Virus record (IMG/VR): IMGVR_UViG_3300043424_000108
Location: 17,370 to 81,369 of that record
Length of the DNA stretch: 64,000 nucleotides
Direction: 5' to 3' (one strand)
Source: a virus
In this document: positions 59,318-64,000 of the stretch, piece by piece
Layout: each line of letters begins with the position of its first letter
How positions within the stretch are numbered: the first letter of the stretch is position 1
The notes under the pieces: model-generated
Database searches by the model: none
What the model saw: only the letters and a program-made list of their open reading frames with translations
What the model was told of the DNA's origin: nothing
Made by a program: the position numbers and the translations under genes

Positions 59318-59635
59318 TTAACTAAACTGTTTCATTTTACCATTGATTTCTTGAGAACCTCTAGCTTCTGCTTTCTGTTCTTCCTTCTCTCTCAATCTAT
59401 CTACTACTTCTAAAAGAGCTAAATACTCTTTCATAGTATCTCTGAGAGATTTGATTTGAGACTCTTGACTAGCAATAACCATAGGCATAGTTCCGCCTTT
59501 GGCTGTTGGCTTCCATTCAATCCTGTCTTTGAGTCCATTGATAGGATTGTTATCAATGTATGCCCTCCACTCAGTTAGGCGTTGTTCTGCCCACTCTAAC
59601 TCTGCTGATATATATGATAATTTCTTAGTTGCCAT
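59318..59635 (-). CDS. Helical protein upstream of terL (small terminase candidate)
   Basis: Position, size and C-terminal ARG motif. Confidence 0.45.
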   Translation of the reverse strand: MATKKLSYISAELEWAEQRLTEWRAYIDNNPINGLKDRIEWKPTAKGGTMPMVIASQESQIKSLRDTMKEYLALLEVVDRLREKEEQKAEARGSQEINGKMKQFS

Positions 59636-59831
59636 TGTTGTACTTTTTTAGGAAGTCAATTTGATTCATATTCATGATGTCCTCAAGGACACGTGCATAG
59701 AAATCTTCATCCCTTCCTGTCTTTCCATAAGAGTAACCTGCCTTCCAGAAGATCTTAAATGTTTCAAATAAGTTATCTTGGAGAGTATTGGCTACGTGAG
59801 GTTGAGGACTAGGGGCTTGGTGGTTTTCCAT
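59625..59831 (-). CDS. Hypothetical protein
   Basis: 68-aa ORF coupled to its neighbours. Confidence 0.55.
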   Translation of the reverse strand: MENHQAPSPQPHVANTLQDNLFETFKIFWKAGYSYGKTGRDEDFYARVLEDIMNMNQIDFLKKYNNGN

Positions 59832-59835
59832 AATC

Positions 59836-59967
59836 TTATTTTTTAGAAGAAACCTGTGTTAGAGGTTTGTCAGCAGGCAAGAAGTAGATTTGAACTCCAC
59901 ACTTGCTTCCTGGCTTTTTGTCACAACCATTCTTGATTGTGGTCTTTTTTACTCTGTTCTTTTCCAT
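59836..59967 (-). CDS. Small basic protein (43 aa; not in ORF track)
   Basis: MEKNRVKKTT...VSSKK exactly fills the gap between two genes. Confidence 0.45.
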   Translation of the reverse strand: MEKNRVKKTTIKNGCDKKPGSKCGVQIYFLPADKPLTQVSSKK

Positions 59968-60332
59968 AATAGTTCTAAGTGTTTTTCTGGGTTATTGGGA
60001 TTTGAATTATTCCAAGTCTCTATTCCACAATCTGAAGATAGAGATGCTGTTTTGTAGGTACAGACGCAACCACAAAACGAACAGTGTAGTTCTGTCCTTG
60101 TGGTGCTGTAGTGTTCGCCCGTAAGTTGTAGGTACTCAGGGGAAGTGACTGCATTTGTTGAATTGTAGGGACACTTGATACAAATATCCATTCTCTCTGC
60201 GATAATGTTCTGTTTTTCATTACTCAATAGTTTAAATTGATTCGCTGTCTTCGTTGCTACTCCCTCCAAGACTTTGTTCAAATTCTTCAGACCCTTCAGG
60301 CTCAGGGCCATGTACTCTTTGTAAGGATTCAT
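59949..60332 (-). CDS. Zn-binding protein
   Basis: R..IC..CP and C..CGC....KT......C...W motifs. Confidence 0.7.
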   Translation of the reverse strand: MNPYKEYMALSLKGLKNLNKVLEGVATKTANQFKLLSNEKQNIIAERMDICIKCPYNSTNAVTSPEYLQLTGEHYSTTRTELHCSFCGCVCTYKTASLSSDCGIETWNNSNPNNPEKHLELLWKRTE

Positions 60333-60774
60333 ATAGGTTTTTGTGGTTTTGTTTTTGTCTTATTAATTCTCTGTCCATGTAATCCACTACTACGTCTGTG
60401 TATAGTTTCTTGCTCTTTCCTCTTTCATATCTTTCTTCGAAAAGTCTAAGCCACTCTTTGAGCATATAATAATTGTTATATCCTCTGAGTGCTGTACAGT
60501 CTTCTCTAGACTCTTGGGTAATCAGGTACTCAGACTTAATCTTAGTAGCAATGATCTTAATTGCTTTGTTAGGATTAAATACAAGTACTCCTAAGCCAGA
60601 CATTCGTACTTTAACAGTGGGAAGGTCTCGTATGTCTTCTATCGTCTTCTTCAAGTACCACTCATAGATAGTACTTACTTGGTCGATAGTCATATCATTT
60701 TCCTTTGCAACTTCTGAGTAAGCTGCGTAGGTTTTTATTTCAATGCCTTCATACCTGTCTTTTATCTTCCTCAT
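60232..60774 (-). CDS. HU/IHF-like DNA-binding protein
   Basis: EVA.E......V..I......I.......VRMSGLG.L. Confidence 0.55.
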   Translation of the reverse strand: MRKIKDRYEGIEIKTYAAYSEVAKENDMTIDQVSTIYEWYLKKTIEDIRDLPTVKVRMSGLGVLVFNPNKAIKIIATKIKSEYLITQESREDCTALRGYNNYYMLKEWLRLFEERYERGKSKKLYTDVVVDYMDRELIRQKQNHKNLYESLQRVHGPEPEGSEEFEQSLGGSSNEDSESI

Positions 60775-61127
60775 ACTGCTACTGCACTCTCTGCCTTATT
60801 CTCAGTTACTCCGTTACCTGTTGAAAGAACCAATGTGAGTGTAACACCTTGCTTGCTAGTAGGACACAGTCTTGGGTTGACTATGTTTTTTTCTAAGATG
60901 CCCATCTTTCTTAATCTAGTAATTCCATTAGAGATTACCTGAATTGATGTGTTAAACTCACCAGCGATTCTTTCTTTTACTTCTTTGTCTAAAGTGCCGT
61001 AGTAGGAACTATGGGCTAATATACTAGTGTATAGATCTGATAATCTATACCCTGCAAGTCTAAGCAATACATCAATATATGCCTGATGTAACTTAACTCC
61101 TTCTTCATATCTACGTGCTACTTTCAT
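60771..61127 (-). CDS. Winged-helix/HTH protein
   Basis: Start moved to MKVARR; IA.EFNTS...ISN.ITRLRKMGIL...VNP. Confidence 0.6.
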   Translation of the reverse strand: MKVARRYEEGVKLHQAYIDVLLRLAGYRLSDLYTSILAHSSYYGTLDKEVKERIAGEFNTSIQVISNGITRLRKMGILEKNIVNPRLCPTSKQGVTLTLVLSTGNGVTENKAESAVAV

Positions 61128-61151
61128 TGGTTTGGTTTGTTTTTTGCTAAA

Positions 61152-61181
61152 CAAATATACGATTGTAACAAAAAAAGTCAA
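61152..61181 (-). promoter_or_regulatory. Bacteroidota-type promoter heading the packaging/structural arm
   Basis: TTG(ACT)-N19-TATATTTG. Confidence 0.75.
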
Positions 61182-61312
61182 GTTAAATGTTAAGTCTAGA
61201 CAGGTAATTAATATCAAATGTTACATGTGTTAACTCAATTTGTAACTTAAATAATTATTTTAGGTTATATATAGAATTAGACAAACACTATAGACAAAAC
61301 TTTATTTAAACC

Positions 61313-61320
61313 TATATTTG
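61313..61320 (+). promoter_or_regulatory. Divergent TAnnTTTG promoter element
   Basis: TATATTTG 18 nt before the ATG at 61339; TAGACA about 19 nt upstream. Confidence 0.6.
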
Positions 61321-61338
61321 TATTAAACAATTACTGCT

Positions 61339-61611
61339 ATGTCGATGGAAAAAGTTAAAAAGCCAACCTCAGAGGAACTGTTCGAACTCTTCCTTTTAGC
61401 CTTACAGGATGAAGAGGTCAAATTAGCAGGAGACATAGGTGGATTCAAGGATGCCCTTTATCAAGGATTCAAAGATTACACCTATAGAAAGAAGTATACA
61501 GAAGAGATGCTCTTCGATTATATTGACTATGCTCTAGAATCTATTCTAGGAGATGATCAACCTATGCAACAAACAGACTATACTATGGGTCAGAATGTAG
61601 CTGGACTCTAA
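61339..61611 (+). CDS. Small acidic hypothetical protein
   Basis: 90 aa, own promoter, opposite strand to neighbours. Confidence 0.65.
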   Translation: MSMEKVKKPTSEELFELFLLALQDEEVKLAGDIGGFKDALYQGFKDYTYRKKYTEEMLFDYIDYALESILGDDQPMQQTDYTMGQNVAGL

Positions 61612-61672
61612 GTTAAGAAAGAATTCTTTCACAATTTTTCCACAGAGACATCTACTTATCTGTAAGTCGCTT

Positions 61673-61680
61673 TATCTTTG
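61673..61680 (+). promoter_or_regulatory. TAnnTTTG promoter element with no downstream ORF
   Basis: TATCTTTG immediately before the structured region. Confidence 0.55.
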
Positions 61681-61684
61681 ATCC

Positions 61685-61958
61685 CCCGACACCATTTCTT
61701 AATGTTCGCAGACGAGGATTAAAAAGTAATCTGCTAGAAGTTGGATAGTATGAGTAGCCCTCAGAGGTGAAAAGAGGTTTCTCCGATAGTGTCAAAATGT
61801 TCTAATGAAGTTTGCAGTGCTCTGACCTACAAGTAATAGACCGTAGGCAATAAGTGGACAGAACAGAGACTTAGCTCCGAGAGCTATTTGGTTAAAAACT
61901 GCTGCAATATAAGTTAGAATAGAAAGTCAAAATAGACTACTTCTCAGAATGAGAAGGA
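61685..61958 (+). ncRNA. Candidate structured non-coding RNA
   Basis: No ORF of 60 aa or more; about nine nested complementary segments; starts just after a -7 element. Confidence 0.55.
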
Positions 61959-61965
61959 ACAAAAA

Positions 61966-62412
61966 CTATTTCAAATTCTCAAATCCATTCTTGAAAGACT
62001 TCTCCAATGCCTTAGAGTAAGCTTTTCTGTTATGAGGAATACCTTCTACAGAAACAAACATAGCATTAACATAGACAGTCTTTTTAGCCTCTCCGATAAC
62101 AATTACTCCATTTAGATTTATCTCAGTGATTACAATATAGTCTCTCTTGAGAAACTGTAACCCTACGATATTTAAGAGTTCTTCAGGCATAGCGATGGAT
62201 TTGATTGTTCCTGAAATAGGACTGCCCTCATTACATAATTGGTATTTTGATGCTGCTATTTCTTCTAGAGTTGTTTGTGCTCCAAAGATTATAGGTCTTC
62301 CTCCTACCTCTGTTACAGAAGCAATTGATGTTACAGTGTCAACTTTGTAGCATTGAGCACTCAGAGAAGTCATCATAGTGACTAGAAAGCAAAGTATAAA
62401 TAGTTTTTTCAT
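61966..62412 (-). CDS. Exported protein with Sec signal peptide
   Basis: MKKLFILCFLVTMMTSLSA/Q signal with Gln at +1. Confidence 0.7.
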   Translation of the reverse strand: MKKLFILCFLVTMMTSLSAQCYKVDTVTSIASVTEVGGRPIIFGAQTTLEEIAASKYQLCNEGSPISGTIKSIAMPEELLNIVGLQFLKRDYIVITEINLNGVIVIGEAKKTVYVNAMFVSVEGIPHNRKAYSKALEKSFKNGFENLK

Positions 62413-62414
62413 GA

Positions 62415-63398
62415 TTAGTATGTTACTTGTCCAGCATAGCCAGGAGCTATTATGTATAAGTTTAAACTTCCTCCAGAAGTCAAAGTAGTCGTAGTATAAG
62501 TAGTAACTCCAGGATAAGTGGATCTTACGTTTGTTGTTGCTGCTTTAATTGAATTGTATTGAGCAGTAGTAAAGATCCTTACATCAGGAGCTGTTCTCCA
62601 TCTAGAGAATAAGCCAGCTTTCCTAGCAGCCACATAATACTTGTCTGCTATTGATATAAATCCATCATCGTTTACATCGTACATGTGAAATGACAATCCA
62701 TTTCTTACACTCTTTCCTAGAATAACATTAGATACTCCTTGGATGTCTGAAGTTGTATACGATTGAATTCTAGTAGGAGCATCTATCTCAATGTAGTATT
62801 CCTTAGAAGGATCGTAAGTCTCAGAGATAGAATAATAACCCGAAGAGTTAGTATAGATTGTTTTATATAAAGTCCAAGAAGAAGTTGTTACTATGTAATC
62901 AAACTCTATTACGTAAGCCAAACTGCTAGTATTATTTAAGTCGTTCCATTTACCGCCACCTACAAATTGGATATAATCTTCGTTACCTGAGTTATTAGGT
63001 TCTCCTGAGTTCCAGTTTGTATAAGAAAAAGTTTCTCCTGTTACCCATCTCCAAGTTCCTTCTGTTGCCTCGTCTGTTAATCCTATCCAACCTGAAGGCC
63101 ATAATCCAAAAAGAAAACTATTCTCTCCAGAAGTAGTAACAGTTACTAAGTGCCCACCCATAGCAGTACAGTTAGATCTAGCAGTAGTCCAGTTAGCTGT
63201 TCCTGTAGAACGATAGTAAGAGTGTCCGTTATAATTGTTCTGAGAAGTGAATCCTGTAATAGTAGAGTTTGTTCTTCTATACAGCTTTATAGCCACGTTA
63301 TTTGCTCCAGATCCATTTGCATTATACAAGTATCCAGAATAAGTGAATTGTGCGCTTAGAGGGCTTGCAATAAAGAATAGAATAACTAACCACCTCAT
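62415..63398 (-). CDS. Secreted C-type lectin domain protein with dockerin/EF-hand-like loop
   Basis: Signal peptide ..LSA/Q; W..AR..C...GGHLV, WIGL, NW..GEPNN, KWND; DVNDDGFISIAD. Confidence 0.85.
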   Translation of the reverse strand: MRWLVILFFIASPLSAQFTYSGYLYNANGSGANNVAIKLYRRTNSTITGFTSQNNYNGHSYYRSTGTANWTTARSNCTAMGGHLVTVTTSGENSFLFGLWPSGWIGLTDEATEGTWRWVTGETFSYTNWNSGEPNNSGNEDYIQFVGGGKWNDLNNTSSLAYVIEFDYIVTTSSWTLYKTIYTNSSGYYSISETYDPSKEYYIEIDAPTRIQSYTTSDIQGVSNVILGKSVRNGLSFHMYDVNDDGFISIADKYYVAARKAGLFSRWRTAPDVRIFTTAQYNSIKAATTNVRSTYPGVTTYTTTTLTSGGSLNLYIIAPGYAGQVTY

Positions 63399-64000
63399 AT
63401 TAATAACTTAGCTCCCATCAATAGTTGAAAGTTTAATATATCCTGTCCTGCTACATATGTTCCTCCTCCAGTAATACCTAAGCCAAAAGTCTTGGTCATT
63501 CTGTAGGTAAAGTTAAAGAAAGGAATCACAATAGGCTTAGCTTCAAATAAAGACTCTGTGTAATACTTAGAGTATGGAGAATAGATACCAGCCGCAATGA
63601 TTGTAGCATCTATACTCTTAGTAAGTTTACCTTTATACATAAAACCTGCTATGGCAATAGTAGAAATCATTTCCTCTCCGTATAACTTGCCATAGGTTCC
63701 TGCTCCTCCATAGAGTGCTGTAAAGTTTTTAACTGAATTAACTCTTACAAATAGAAGAGTATTTGACATTGACTTAGGCATCAAGCTAAGTCCATCGGAT
63801 ACAACACTAATATGTTTGTTTCCTTTTTTGTTTGCTCCTATCCAGGAACGTACGCATGAGAAGTTTCCTATCTTAGCGTTGACCATGTAGTCTGCTGAAA
63901 AGCCAAGAGAAGAAGTACCATCTCCTTTTACTCTTGTAAAGGAGGCAGTACCTCTTGCATCTTGTGCTCCATCAGACTTAGTCTGAATACCAACTAAATC
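63395..64000 (-). CDS. Outer-membrane beta-barrel-like protein (5' end outside window)
   Basis: Frame is open to the window edge; alternating amphipathic strands; ends FQLLMGAKLLI. Confidence 0.55.
   Translation of the reverse strand, partial: DLVGIQTKSDGAQDARGTASFTRVKGDGTSSLGFSADYMVNAKIGNFSCVRSWIGANKKGNKHISVVSDGLSLMPKSMSNTLLFVRVNSVKNFTALYGGAGTYGKLYGEEMISTIAIAGFMYKGKLTKSIDATIIAAGIYSPYSKYYTESLFEAKPIVIPFFNFTYRMTKTFGLGITGGGTYVAGQDILNFQLLMGAKLLI

Noticed and set aside
60771-61217. Extended 148-aa N-terminus given by the ORF track
   Set aside because: The extension runs through the promoter and leader; ATG at 61127 is the better start
61612-61965. tRNA, tmRNA or CRISPR array in the non-coding gap
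   Set aside because: No cloverleaf or T-loop/CCA signature and no repeat-spacer periodicity
62415-63398. Diversity-generating retroelement target (C-type lectin fold)
   Set aside because: No reverse transcriptase or template/variable repeat pair is visible; the domain is a classical sugar-binding CTL
1-64000. Stop-codon reassignment as seen in some crAss-like phages
   Set aside because: All hallmark genes are full length in code 11, and TAA, TAG and TGA all end genes

Overview
This window is about 64 kb of a crAss-like phage (Crassvirales-type podovirus) genome, almost certainly infecting a Bacteroidota host and read in the standard genetic code. The + strand arm (1-9.4 kb) carries replication and nucleotide-metabolism genes: UDG, NinG/NinB-like proteins, family A DNA polymerase, a DUF5664 dNTP diphosphohydrolase, a PD-(D/E)XK exonuclease, dCMP deaminase, GroES and an Acb2/Tad1-like candidate. 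It converges at a bidirectional terminator on a long - strand arm. That arm encodes terminase, portal, scaffold, major capsid, tail/ring proteins, basic cargo proteins, a 4262-aa virion RNA polymerase, a 2146-aa polyvalent protein and a holin/spanin-like cluster. Bacteroidota-type promoters (TTG-N19/20-TAnnTTTG) sit in many intergenic gaps. Three things stand out. (1) A ~621-bp stop-free in-frame insertion splits the DUF5664 gene, hides an endonuclease VII gene in another frame with its own promoter, and looks like neither an intein nor an intron. (2) A ~280-nt highly structured non-coding region lies behind its own promoter at 61.7-61.96 kb. (3) A phage-encoded secreted module (beta-barrel-like protein, C-type lectin/dockerin protein, small exported protein) sits at the right edge. 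All family assignments are by motif recognition, not database search.
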